Below are positions 1-13,150 of a stretch of DNA of 64,000 nt, one piece after another. The notes under the pieces are model-generated. The model saw only the letters and a program-made list of their open reading frames with translations, ran no database searches and was not told where the DNA came from. The stretch is from Octopus sinensis (taxonomy: Eukaryota), in NCBI RefSeq assembly GCF_006345805.1, contig NC_043017.1, positions 22,320,001-22,384,000 on the forward strand. The letters run 5' to 3'. Position 1 is the stretch's first letter; each line of letters starts with the position of its first letter. Made by a program: the position numbers and the translations under genes.

Positions 1-660
1 CATAGCCTGACTTTTAACTGTTATTTAAAAGAGTATTTTATAAACATAAAACACTAAGGATAATTAAACTGACTTAATTAACATTTTATAATATATTTTA
101 TAATTATATATAATCTGTAAATAATAATATTTTATCAGCTGAAAGTTTATAAGTAAGCACCATGTATTGACTAAAGAAAACTGTCTAATATTGGGGCATA
201 TAAGCCCTTGAGCATATGGAAAACCCACTTTTTTCTGTCAAGGACTTATATACCTTGATATTAGACTATTTTCTTTAGTCAGTGCACAATGATCGCTTAT
301 AAGCTTTAAGCTTATAAAATATTGTTAATCACAGAATTGTCACTAGTGACCACTTCTAAAATCGTTGCAGAATTATAGCATTACTATTATGCAAAAGTGT
401 CGTAAGTCCAAAATGCTGCTTTTTCTGAAAATGAAAAAAAACCCAGTTTTATCATTCTGTAGCAAAACTACACTTTGACAACACTTGTTAAAGTGTTGTA
501 CTACACTTTGACAATTTATGATATCGTGGCATCTGAAGCAGCTGGAGTTACAGTAGTTTGACCAAAAGAACTGGCTATTGCAAGTAAAAATGAATATTGA
601 AAAAAAATGCATTTGGCCAAATTTGGACATATGACTGTTTAACATAATAGCAACGAGGTG

Positions 661-858
661 ATCGCGTGTGTATCATTGGCGATTTTCTTTCTCCGTCTTC
701 CTTTCTTTGGACTTTTTTTTTCTATATTTCTGACGAAGAGCTCCACTCAAAACATTAAATCCACCTTCTTTCTTTCCTTGCCTGAGTGTCCAATAACTCT
801 ATACTTGTTCTACATCCTCGCATTGTTGTGTTTTCTCTTTGTTCATGTTTGAATTAAC
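661..858 (+). mobile_element. HHR-bearing Penelope-like 3'/pLTR fragment (family H1)
   Basis: Homologous to the reverse complement of 43245-43449. Contains a CTGACGA core at 730 and ends in a (TA)n tract. Confidence 0.6.
726..760 (+). ncRNA. Degenerate minimal type I hammerhead ribozyme motif
   Basis: ATTT-CTGACGA-A-GAGC(TCC)ACTC-AAAACATT-AAAT. Stem I is ATTT/AAAT. The three departures from the inferred ancestor are CG>CA changes. Confidence 0.5.
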
Positions 859-1989
859 TATATATTTATATATATATATTGTATGTTGACTGCTAAGGCA
901 CTTTAAGGTGTAAACAACATTTATAAACATATCTATTGAGTGTTGGCTAAGATGCTTACATTCTCAGTATTGTGTCTATTCTATATCAGAGGCAAAGGTC
1001 AGTTTGATCAGTTTTTGAATACATACGTCTCCCTCAAGTTCACCACCTTACCATACATTCCTATCTCCTCTATAACAAGACACCTGCACTTGTACTGTAA
1101 TACCTTAACCTTCAGTACCTGGCATAAAGCTTCCCCAACCCTTCTCTCAAATACACTCCTCTTAGTCTCCTCTTAGTCAAGAGGCTTCTTGTTTCCTTTT
1201 TTGTTTTCCTTTCTTTCTTTGTCTTGCAAATTCCATTGCAGCATCATTAGTGCAGGTGTCAAAGAAGAAAAACAAAAGCAGTGACATCCAGTAAACATTG
1301 TAAAGTAGTTGGGGCCAGGAATGGCTTCCATCTGGAGACACCATGTCAAAACTGGTGATGGGGAGCTAGAAGACGTTCCGTGGCTCACTGGATCCTACCA
1401 AACTGCTATGAAAAACAGAAGGAAAGAATGATGATGACGACGACGACGATGATGATGATGATTCCATTGGTTGATGTCATCCAAAATACCCTAAAAATGA
1501 AGACACGGTGGTCCTGGACAAAGCACCAGAGCTGGGCAATGAGCAACATCTCAAACCGCAGCTCTTACATGCCTGTAAATGTAATGATGATGGTGGAGGA
1601 GGAGGAAAAGAGAGAGGAGGTGGAGGAGAAAACGAAAGAGGCATGAAGGGGAGAAGGAGTAAAGAGGAGGAGAAGTGCAGAAGTGGATTCTATTTACAGA
1701 TAAAGGGCGTTGTTGACAAATACAGTGCTTTGCCCAAATTCTCCTTTAATGATAAAACCTTTCTTCTTTTATGCATATAATGTTTTATGTTCCAAGAGAT
1801 ATAAGAGCCGACATTAACCGTGGTGTTAGTATCAGAAATGGTGCAACACTAAACACCAGGAACTGCCTTTGCCAACTTCTGTGAAAATGGGTAATTCCTG
1901 GCAATCAAAGAGTAGAAACAGCAGGAGATTGGAATCTGTCCTAATGGTAATATAATAGAGAAATGGGTTGTGGCTACAAGTAGTCTTTC

Positions 1990-2238
1990 ACACAAACATC
2001 TACAAACACACATATGCACTCACACAGACACATGCATGTACGTGTGCACGCACATATGCACACCCACACAAATGCACACACACACATACGCATATTCACT
2101 TTTCAAATTAGGAAGTTAATGAATAAATTAATAGATACAGAGGATAATTTCATTTTTTTTTATATCTTCATATGAATGTAGATAAATACATATATGTGTG
2201 TATGGCATACACATACATATACATACGTATACATACAT

Positions 2239-2271
<33 letters not shown>

Positions 2272-2358
2272 GAGAGAGATTGCTAGATAGACAGACAGAT
2301 ACACTCACACACATTTCTATTTACACATACATATGTATATGCACATACCGATGTATGC

Positions 2359-2392
<34 letters not shown>

Positions 2393-2518
2393 ATTAATAC
2401 ACATATGCATATGGATCTATGTATGTATATGTGTGTGTATGTGTACATATATGTGTTTGTGTGTGCATATATATATATGTATTTAGATTCATATACATGT
2501 ATATAAACTTACATCTGT

Positions 2519-2594
<76 letters not shown>

Positions 2595-2700
2595 GTAAAT
2601 ATGTGTCCATATGTGTGTGTGGTGTGTGTGTGTGTTTGTGTGCATGCATATATACATGCGTGCATGCGTGTGTATATCCACACACATAATGTATTCCTTG
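1990..2700. repeat. Compound (CA)/(TA)/(TACA)/(TG) microsatellite
   Basis: Direct reading of the sequence. Confidence 0.95.
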
Positions 2701-3223
2701 CTTTTTCCATTTCTTTCTTCTTTGAACGCTGTTGGAGAGGAAAATAATGAGACCCTAATGAATCGATATCTATGAACAGAAAAGAAGGTTTCAGACGAAC
2801 CGAACCGTTTAGGCCAACACCTTCCTCTTTATAGGAAACAGTTGACAATGGTTTTTATCTGAGGGCGATAACTTACAAAGGTGGCAGGGGTGCGCAGGTG
2901 GGTCATTGGTTGTTGTTGGTCGAGGGAGAGACGGGGTGGGGCGTATTAAAGTAAACAGAGCTATGTAAAGAAAGAAACGGAATGAAATGTAAAGTAACAC
3001 TAAGTAATTATTTTATATGAGTGGTTGCCAATAAACAAGGTTGAGTTGGTCGAGAGATATTAACGAAGTGATGAGGGAGACGAAGAAAGACAGCATCCAC
3101 AGAAGGAATCTAAATATGGCAACCGACCATCAATAATGTGGTGTGAGTATAGTAGTACACTTGTTAAAACTGGTGACACTGTTTACAATGAAAAGTATTT
3201 GTTACTCTTATGATATGTAATAG

Positions 3224-3260
<37 letters not shown>

Positions 3261-3572
3261 TTGTGTGTGTGTGTGGGTGTGTGTGTGTGTGTGAGTGCAT
3301 ATAGTTAACCTATGGCAGATACTGATACCAAAATTTACAAGCAAATAACTATCTTGAAACATTACATTATGTATGTCTGAGCATATCTGCATAAGTCTAT
3401 GCATGCGTGTGTGTGTGAGTGCGTGTGTTAGTATGTGTGTGTGCATGTGTGTGTGTGTTAGTGTGTTGTGTGTGTGTGTATGTGTGTGTTATGGACTCGC
3501 CTGTCAAAGATGATGTATGAGCATTCAGCTTTTTATTTTGCCAAACAACCTGCGCAAATGATTTTTTTTAAA

Positions 3573-3978
3573 GGTGCAAGAGTGGCTGTGTGGTAAGTAG
3601 TTTGCTTACCAATCACATGGTTCTGGGTTCATTCCCACTGCATGGCACCTTGGGCAAGTGTCTTCTACTATAGGCTTGGGCCAACCAAAGCCTTGTGAGT
3701 GAATTTGGTAGACGGAAACTGAAAGAAGCCCGTTGTATATATGTATATATATATATGTATGTGTGTGTATATGTTTGTGTGTCTGTGTTTGTCCACCCAA
3801 CATTGCTTGACAACTGATGGTGGTGTGTTTTCGTCCCCATAACTTAACAGTTTGGCAAAATAGAACGATGGAATAAGTACTAGGCTTCCAAAGTATAAGT
3901 CCTGGGGTCGATTTGCTCGACTAAAGGCAGTGCTCCAGCACAGCTGCAGTCAAATGACAAACAAATAAAAGAGTAAAA
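3573..3978 (+). mobile_element. tRNA-derived SINE, family A (~400 bp, internal TA/TG microsatellite)
   Basis: Head TGGCTGTGTGGT...GGTTCATTCCC (A/B-box like). Tail ...CAGTCAAATGAC..AAAAGAGTAAAA. More than 12 homologous copies in the window. Confidence 0.9.
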
Positions 3979-4259
3979 AAGCATATGTTTGTGCCGTACT
4001 TTAGCTCACTCCCACCATCAAATTGATGTTGCCCAAACAGGCTCATGGTGTGCCATGCATCAGGTGTCCAAGTGTGTATATACATATATATATATATACA
4101 TGCTGTCACTATATAAACCTAATGATTGCATAATGCATGAAAGAACCCTTTTATTTCAATATAGTAAAATTGTAATAAATTGTAAATATTAAAACATAAA
4201 AAGTTGGAATTTCATTGATTGATACATACATATATATATATATATATATACAAATATAT

Positions 4260-4305
<46 letters not shown>

Positions 4306-4315
4306 TATATATATA

Positions 4316-4513
4316 TACGGATTTTGTCAGTGAACAGGTCGTGGTCTTAAAGTGACAAAAATATTTTGACAAATTAAACTTAAATGTTGAAGCGAATTGA
4401 ACAGCTTTTGTGTGTTTCTTAAATGACTTACAAACACCTTCCACGCTGCAATTGTTTTCATTTCAGCACATGATCTCAGATCAAATCACTTGCTATGCAA
4501 GTACATCTCCGTA
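4316..4513. mobile_element. Small element embedded in (TA)n with TACGGA/TCCGTA ends
   Basis: About 200 bp of complex sequence flanked on both sides by long (TA)n, with 6-bp inverted ends. Confidence 0.35.
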
Positions 4514-4549
<36 letters not shown>

Positions 4550-4685
4550 GCATGTATGTATGTATAAACTTTCTCTTTATTATTCTAATATATATGTGTG
4601 TGTGTGTGTATATTTGTATGTATATATATATATATATTTATATATGTATGTATGTATGTATATATATATATATATACATACAAAT

Positions 4686-4719
<34 letters not shown>

Positions 4720-4876
4720 TAGAATAATAAAGAGAAACTTTTTGGTACAGTAGTATATACATTTGAAAGAATGAGTAGAGATGGCTTTTTTGAGGGGAAA
4801 CATTATTATTAAGATTAAAGTTAAAATTATCCGCCCCAAAAAGCTATCTCTACTCATTCTTTCCAATATATATTTA

Positions 4877-5805
4877 TACTAGCAGTAATACTTGTCATTG
4901 ATCAGGTAATTTCTTTTACTCTTTATAGATTTACTCCTCCTGTATGTGTGTATTTTATAAGAAAAAAAGCATATAATAATTGAAGTAGAAAAAAGAGAAA
5001 TTTCATACACGAACTTCTGTTTCTTTATTATATGACAATAACAAGTGAGTTGTTTGTGTTATTTTATATATCAACACAGTAATGGCAATTATGTAATACA
5101 CAAGGCTTTGGTCGGTACAGAGCAGTACTGAAAGAGAACTGCCCAATGTGTCACACAGTGGGACTGAACCCAAGGCGACCTGGTTGGAAAGCAAGCGTCT
5201 CAACCACACAGCCACGCCTATAAAGGAGAAATACATTTTGGATGATATACTCCTTGATACAATATGCTTAACAAAATGATAGGATGCTTATGGCAAGAAG
5301 ACCTTTGATCTTAATATTTATTCAAGCAACACTTCACCATACAACAAAAATTTTAATGTTCTCATTTCTTCTACCAAATTGGACTAAAAGTTTTTCACGA
5401 AATATTATAAGCTACTTATAATGCATAAGTAGTGTCAATATTGTATCGTTGGAAAATGACCTAAAACAAAGATAAAACCCAGTGCAGTATACTCAAATCT
5501 GATTAATTTGTATTTTGGGAGGTTGGGTCCATAGCTGGCATTGAATATTTTTTTAGTCAACTGCAATTTGAGGAGCCTGATTGTTGCAAATTTGAAGGAA
5601 AGTGACTGGACACTCTTCAAGTTATGACCTTAGCGCTGCAAAAATGCTTTAAAAATTCGGTTTATCTGCCCCTGGGCCCGCATTAGGCAAGAAGTTGAAT
5701 ATGCTTTTGGCCCATAACACTGCATGTGTAAAATTTCATTAAAATCGGTGAGGTGGATCTTGAGTTTTGGTGACATGACAAACACACAGACAGACACACA
5801 TTCTG

Positions 5806-5812
<7 letters not shown>
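4877..5812 (+). mobile_element. Non-autonomous Helitron/Helentron-like element (decayed; contains a SINE head at 5101-5219)
   Basis: 5' TACTAGCAGTAATAC... and 3' AAAATTTCATTAAAATCGG...ACAGACAGACAC...TTTTATATATA resemble HINE/DINE-1-type termini (recognition from family knowledge). Confidence 0.45.
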
Positions 5813-5834
<22 letters not shown>

Positions 5835-5836
<2 letters not shown>

Positions 5837-6045
5837 CTCTTTTACTCTTTTACTTGTTTCAGTCATTTGACTGCGGCCATGCTGGAGCACCGCCTTTAGT
5901 CGAGTAAATCGACCCAGGGACTTATTCTTTGTAAGCCCAGTACTTATTCTATTGGTCTCTTTTGCCGAACTGCTAAGTGACGGGGACATAAACACACCAG
6001 CATCGGTTGTCAAGCAATGCTAGGGGGACAAACGCAGACACACAA

Positions 6046-6076
<31 letters not shown>

Positions 6077-6238
6077 CATATATACGACAGGCTTCTTTCA
6101 GTTTCCGTCTACCAAATCCACTCACAAGGCATTGGTCGGCCTGAGGCTATAGTAGAAGACACTTGCCCAAGGTGCCACGCAGTGGGACTGAACCCGGAAC
6201 CATGTGGTTGGTTAGCAAGCTACTTACCACACAGCCAC
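5835..6238 (-). mobile_element. SINE family A, near full length
   Basis: Reverse complement of the family A head, body and (GAGTAAAA)n tail. Confidence 0.92.
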
Positions 6239-6767
6239 ATATATATGTCATATATTTATATATGACATATGTATGTGTGTGTATGTTTGTATATATATAT
6301 ATATATATATCATATATATACAAACATATACACACACACATATGCACACACACATACATATGTAATATATAAATATAACAAGCCTATGAAATTTTAATTT
6401 GCATGAGCCAAATCTAACTGTTTTTAAATACTACTATTAATAATAGTAATAATGTATATAAACACACACACATTTCTACAATGAGCTTCTTATTGTTTCC
6501 ACCTACCAAATTTAGCTCCCAAGTTACACATACATGTGTGTGTCATTGAGTACTGTGTGTGTGGGGGGTCTATAAGAAATATTGGATATTGATCAATAAA
6601 TCTAAATAGTGTGTCTTAATATCACTAAATTACTTCTAACAACTACCACACACAAAAAAGAAATTAATAAATAAATGGAAACAGCATGATTATGCTCGCA
6701 TGATGAAGAACACATGTACATAGGGTGGATGAGAGAGAGGCAGGGATTCACAGTGGCAGTTTGAAGT

Positions 6768-6793
6768 GGGGTGGGGGTTCGGTGGGGTGGGGG
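6768..6793 (+). other. G-quadruplex-forming motif
   Basis: GGGGTGGGGGTTCGGTGGGGTGGGGG has four G-runs of 4-5. Confidence 0.6.
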
Positions 6794-7429
6794 ACGGAAA
6801 CCAAATGAACAAAGGATAAATGTGAAATTATAACAGTGCAGATATCAAAAGTGGCATCCATTAATGGGTGATATTTCTGTTATAGATTACTTGGTTGTTC
6901 TGATTGATTGAGGAAAAACTAGAGAGAAAGGAAGGAGAAAAACGAAAGTGAGAGGCCAAAAGAGAACAAGACAGAGAGAGAGAGAGAGAGACGAGGGAAT
7001 GAGGGAGAGACAGGAGCAGAAGAAACAGGGAAGGAGGAAGAGTGAGAAAAGAAGGAATATATTGGCTCCAAAGAGATCAACTGATATTTCTAAAGTATGA
7101 TTTGATGCTGAAACTGGTAAAAGAGAGGACAGGTGTGGGGGAGTGGCTGAATAAATAAATAAATAAATAAATAAATGAATGAATGAATAAAGCTAAAAAA
7201 AACGAGGACAACAATGGAATGTCATGGTAACAAGTGAGCCAATAGCATATTGACAATGTTTTGGTGTATAAAGGAACATTAATTTGATATCCACGTTTGT
7301 ATTTTCTGTAGTTGCTACCATTGTTGTTTGAAGAATCAGCCCAGAGAAAATAATTTTCGTTTGTAATGGTTTTCAGTGCTTATGAACAGATGTGTACTTC
7401 CAAACCAATTTCATAAATCATGCAAAACA

Positions 7430-7516
7430 TATATATATACATAAATGGAAAATACATATGTATGTATATGTGTGTATGTGTTTCCATTTGTGTTAATATA
7501 TATATGTGTGTGTGTG

Positions 7517-7554
<38 letters not shown>

Positions 7555-7624
7555 CATATATATATATATTATATATATATATATACATATATACACACAT
7601 ATATATACATATATATGTATATAC

Positions 7625-7657
<33 letters not shown>

Positions 7658-7730
7658 ATATATTATATAAAATGTTACTGTGTATATGTATATATATATA
7701 TATTATATATATATATATACATATACACAG
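7430..7730. repeat. (TA)n-rich microsatellite
   Basis: Direct reading. Confidence 0.95.
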
Positions 7731-8347
7731 TAACATTTTTTTCACACGGGTATGAGTAGAGAGAGAGAGAGATGAAAAGTTGAAAATGCACTTGGAGTTT
7801 TTGGGAAGATTTATTTACACTGGCTTAACTGGTATTTATCTCAACACTGAGTCATGGCAAACAGCATAGCCATGGGGTCCTTCCATTTCTCACAACTTTT
7901 GAAAATCATGAAACTGTCAAATACTTTCACAGATATGCAATATATATATAAAGGATACATGTATATAGATCAATCATAGATACATTTGTATAATGAGCAG
8001 ATGCACTGATGCAACATAGACAATCTGCATAAATTGAGAGAAATATCTACATGTACACATACACAAATGCATATTCAGATACTCTTTTAGTTGTTTGTCA
8101 GTGGGCTACAGCCATTCTGGAGCACTGCCATAAAAGAATTTCACTGATCAGATCATGTTTAGTACTTTAGTGCATTTTTTTAAAGGACAGTACTTATTCT
8201 ATCAATTGCTTTTTGCTGAACAGCCAAGTTATGAGGGTGCTGGCAAATCAACACCAGTTTTCAAACAATGAGAGACTAACACAAATAAAAAGCAAATTTT
8301 CAAACACACATACAAATACACTTGTATTAATGCCTGTATACATTATG

Positions 8348-8765
8348 GGGATCTTTTCGGTTTGAACGGCAGTTTTTAACATAATTTCTAGGTAACTAAA
8401 AAATTTTAAACTTCGTATACTGGTAGAATGTGTTTATAAAACATCTTTTTCTCTTGGCTTTATTGAGAAAAATTCTATAGTTTGTAAGATATTTGCTGTT
8501 TTTTTTCTTCAATTTCTGCAATTTCAACCAATCGATGACGTCCATTGAGTTAAAAGACATTCTGTACCGTATGAATATGTCCCTCATTTAAGAAACAGAT
8601 TGTGTTTATTTACATTTGTGAAGAAAAAAAAGATACCCTTCCACCCACTCCTAACCCTAACCCTAAAACATTGAAATGCAATAGATCGATTCTAGGTCAT
8701 AATTATGGGTGACAATTTCATATGACACAGCTAGGAAAAACTGCCGTTCAAACCGAAAAGATCCC
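8348..8765. mobile_element. MITE, 418 bp, perfect 30-bp TIRs, 6-bp TSD ATTATG
   Basis: TIR GGGATCTTTTCGGTTTGAACGGCAGTTTTT at 8348-8377 with its reverse complement ending at 8765. ATTATG at 8342-8347 and 8766-8771. Confidence 0.9.
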
Positions 8766-8959
8766 ATTATGGGCTTCCCTGCAGCTTCTCACCAACAAAT
8801 TCACCGATAAGGCATTATTCAGCCTTGAGATATCATTGATGCCAATTTTCTGCAGTGCCATACAGTGGAACTGAACCTAAAAAGCACATGGCATCTAACA
8901 GGAACTTTTTAACCACTCAACCACACTTAAGAATATAAGTGCAGGTAGGACAGTGCCAT

Positions 8960-9300
8960 AGAAGAACGTGGCACATTGGGTCTTGTACAGAAGCCCATCG
9001 TATATATATATTTGGTCGGGCAGACCAAAGCCTTGTGAGTGGATTTGGTAGACGGAAACTGAAAGAAGCCCATCATATATATGTATATATGTGTGTGTGT
9101 GTTTGTGTTTGTCCCCCCAATATCACTTGACAGCCGATGCTGGTGTGTTTATGTCCCTGTAACATAGCAGTTTGACAAAAGAGACCAATAGAATAAGTAC
9201 TAGGCTTACAAAAAATAAGTCATGGGGTCGATTTACTTAACTAAAGGCAGTGCCCCAGCATGGCCACAGTCACATGACTGAAAAGAATAAAAGAGATAAA
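8960..9300 (+). mobile_element. SINE family A, 5'-damaged
   Basis: Body and tail homologous to the other copies. Confidence 0.85.
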
Positions 9301-10066
9301 AAGACAGATAAATTTATAAAAAAAGGACAGATAAAAAGACAGGCACCTATATATACATGCACACATTTTTATAATATACATACAGACACAGATATGTAAT
9401 ATACACTTACTAAGTCATTCAATCAAAAGCCAATGTATAGATGCATACACATGCACACATCCTTCATATCTACGCATCTAATCTTAAGTAAATATCATTT
9501 GACAAAATACATTTTTAGTTCTATTGACGCACACATATATGCACATGCACACATATATACACGTGCACACATATATACACGTGCACACATTTAAAATAAA
9601 AAGTTAAGGCGATATATAATTTAAAATATTTCTCAACATGAGCGATTGGTGATGTTGATGGTGGTGACTGGAAGATTTCTGCTTTGATAGGAGACAGGTG
9701 ATTGGGCGCCACGTATACATAAATGCTTTTAAATGTTTATAGCAAGTGCATTCACGATTTACATAAGCCAACAGTATTGTGTACATCCTTCTCATCCTTT
9801 AACTGCAGCTCGTCACAGCCATTATGACAATTAATGTTTGCTGACTTCAGCAGAATAAATAATATTCACACTGACAAATGAATAACATCTGCTGATTTGT
9901 TCTCATCACAGACAATACTTCAACAATTTCTGCTCACAACCTTACTACTTATCAATGACAATACTGCTAGTCAGTCCATTTAGACTAAAAGGTGACACTC
10001 GCTCTATAATAGATATGTTGTCAATAAAATTATTCTGATATATATATATATATATATTTATATATA

Positions 10067-10236
10067 TTTGAGTAGTTGAATGAATTATCTTGTTATGGAT
10101 AATTCGGTTAACCGATACCTGGGTAGCAAATTCACATCATATACTCCTTATTCCTTCGCAATTAGGAATATGCAGCCTTTGAAACATATGTCGAAAATAA
10201 AGGAATTTTGTTAATTCATCGTTCAACTCCATTCTT
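10067..10236 (+). mobile_element. HHR-family H4 fragment (3' half of the ribozyme only) between (TA)n tracts
   Basis: GAAACATATGTCGAAAATAAAGGAATTTTGTTAATTCATCGTTCAACTCC (from 10181) matches 59411-59461. No intact CTGANGA found upstream. Confidence 0.55.
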
Positions 10237-10723
10237 TAATATATTTATATTTATATATATGTGTGTGTCACAAAAACAGTTCAGCTATTTATTCTACCTC
10301 ATAAACATTTCCATTATATATTTTGTCTCAAAAGCAATTCCCTCAACCTGATTTTGATGTGATAACACTTTAGTTATTTTTCACAAATACATATGCACAG
10401 ACTCACACACACACACACACACACCACACACACAGGCATAAGCATTTTTGATTTCTCTTCATAGAAAAATATTGCTTTCTTTTAAAGAATCAACCAATGA
10501 CTCATCAAATAAGAAGCAAGGTTGATCAAATAGACTTGGTGGGTTAGTGAGGGTCTGCATGGAAATGAATGTGATTGGAAATAAAGTATATGATAAGAGT
10601 ATCGATCATGTTCAAGGAGAGAGTATCATTTCAGGTGAAGGTTCTTGAAGAAGAAATGATAAGAGCAATATCACTTGGGTACATGAGAATATGTATCATT
10701 AACATTTGAATACCCACTTATAT

Positions 10724-10942
10724 TACTCTTTTACTCTTTTACTTGTTTCAGTCATTTGACTGCAGCCATGCTGGAGCACCGCCTTTAGTCGAGTAAATCG
10801 ACCCCGGGACTTATTCTTTGTCAGCCCAATACTTATTCTTTCAGTCTATTTTGCCGAACCGCTAAGTGACGGGGACGTAAACACACCAGCATCGGTTGTC
10901 AAGCAATGCTAGGGGGACAAACACAGACACACAAACACACAA

Positions 10943-10987
<45 letters not shown>

Positions 10988-11146
10988 TACGACAGGCTTC
11001 TTTCAGTTTCCGTCTACCAAATCCACTCACAAGGCATTGGTCAGCCTGGGGCTGTAGCAGAAGACACTTGCCCAAGATGCCACGCAGTGGAACTGAACCC
11101 GGAACCATGTGGTTGGTTAGCAAGCTACTTACCACACAGCCACTCC
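10724..11146 (-). mobile_element. SINE family A, full length
   Basis: Head ends at GGAGTGGCTGTGTGG (reverse complement); tail (GAGTAAAA)n. Confidence 0.93.
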
Positions 11147-11284
11147 AGGCCCTGATGCACTGATTCTTCACTGTGAGTTTTATCCTCTATGATCTTATTG
11201 ATGACAAGCTTTACCCATAGTAAGTGATGATTGCTACTTGTGTTGAATATGCTCTGAGGCATAGGTGCTGAAACCTCAAGGATA

Positions 11285-11700
11285 ATAAGAGCAGAATGGA
11301 AGGCATTTACCTCAATAAATGATGCACCTAAAACAAAGCTGGACATGCCAGTTCTGTCCTACTTGCACTCTTATAAGCAAGTGAAACATGAGCAAAAATA
11401 AAAGGGGAAGAACACTGATTGACCATAATGCAAAAGTCTGTGGAAAGATCCACACCAGGAATATCACTGCAAGAGCATACCAAAAGCGAGATAGTGCAAG
11501 AAAGGTGTAGAGTGGATGACATGACTGTACAATACCAAAAGCACAAGTTCCATTGATCTGGACATGTCACAAGACTCACAAAACAACAGGAATAATCATG
11601 GAGTTGCTAAGTGACATCCAAAAGAACAGAAAAAGCTGCTCAGAAGGTCTCCAAGGTGATGGGAGGAGGATTTAGTTAAATGATTTGGGGCAAGATGGAA
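11285..11700 (+). pseudogene. Decayed RTE-clade non-LTR retrotransposon, C-terminal ORF fragment
   Basis: Translates with stops and shifts to IRAEWKAFTSINDAPKTKLD...SET*AK...MQKSVERSTPGISLQEH...KHKFH*SGHVTRL...HPKEQKKLLRRSPR*WEEDLVK*FGARW, typical of an RTE C-terminus. Confidence 0.8.
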
Positions 11701-12653
11701 TCCTGAGGTTGATTTGTTTGATAGAAGGCAGTGCTCCAGCATGGCTGCAGTCAAGTGACTGAAACAATTAAAAGAATAAAAGAACACACACACACAACAG
11801 GCTTCTTTCAGTTTCCATCTACCATGTCTAGTCACAAAGGAATACATTTGCTGAAGGAAATACATTTGCCCAAGGTGCCCTGCAGTGGAACTGAACCCAA
11901 AACTACATATACAAGCCTGGATTTAAATACCCACCTTTATATTTGTATTTGTGTGCTGTTACTGTTTCTTAATATCTTAATATCTGTGTGCATATGCAAG
12001 CATAAACACTCAGTTGGTGTTCCTATCTTATTCCTAAACTGCTTTCTTCCTTTAAACTTGAATGAATTTTAACCCAGAATGTAAACAGCTATAATTAATT
12101 ACAACAAGGTATTTTAATCAGTCGTCCACCATATCATATATTCTGCTTCACTGGAAGTAGATAGATAACGCATGCAATAAATAACACTAAACCATCATAT
12201 CACCCCCCCCCCCTTTAAGTTGCTTAAAGAATATTTACCCATTCTTCTGAGTGATCCTACAAGAAAGATAACATTTACTGAATGAAATTTCATTAAAGCA
12301 ATTTTCTGTCCATGTTTTATTCAGTGTTAATTGACTGGCTTTGCTTCCAGCAGTGAAAAACACAACCTGAATTCTATGTCATCAGTTAATTGTCAGTTGA
12401 TCTGATGCTTCACTAGAGCGTTAATATCGCACTGATGAGAAGAAAAGAAGGTTTGGTAAAAGCTTGGCAGAAGAGCTTGGGAATGTTGCTGTAGTACCAG
12501 AGAAGTGAGACAAAATTCTTAGTTCCTCAACGACTCAGATATTTGAGTCAATGAAGAAGCTGCTACATCTTCACTCAGCATGCTAGAAATAGCGTCTAAA
12601 TTTCCCTACCAAATTGAAACTTACTATCTAAGAAAGAAAGAATGTATTGGATA

Positions 12654-13150
12654 CATCATCATCATCATCATCATCATTGTTTAACGTCCGTTCTCCATGC
12701 TAGCATAGGTTGGACGGTTCGACCAGGGATCTAGGAAGCCAGAAGGCTGCACCAGGCTCCAGTCTGATCTGGCAGTGTTTCTACAGCTGGATGCCCTTCC
12801 TAACGCTAACCACTCTGTGAGTGTAGTGGGTGCTTTTTACATGCCACCAGCACAGGTGCCAGGCGAGGCTGGCAATGGCCATGATCGGATTGGTGCATTT
12901 TACGTGCCACCAGCATGGAAGCCAGTCGAGGCAGTGCTGGCATCGGCCACGTTCGGATGGTGCTTTTTACGTGCCACCGGCACAGGGATCACAACTGCAG
13001 TTTCCATTGATTTTGATGTTGGTGTACTTGACTCAATGGATCTCCTCAAGCACAGGGTCGAAATGGTGTTTCTTCACTTGCCACCTGCACAGGAGTCAGT
13101 CCAGCGCCCCTGGCAACTGCCGGGTGCCAGTCATAGGATTGGTTCAATTT
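12654..13150 (-). mobile_element. SINE/LINE-tail family B with (GAT)n tail and internal GTGCCACC-containing subrepeats
   Basis: Reverse complement of ...GGAAGGGCATCCAGCTGTAGAAAC...GGACGTTAAAC(GAT)n. Homologous to 17656-17910. Confidence 0.85.

Noticed and set aside
1000-1780. Relatively GC-rich segment with several short ORFs on both strands
   Set aside because: The frames are interrupted, and I could not match the peptides to any family. It may be an old LINE 5' region, but this is unsupported.
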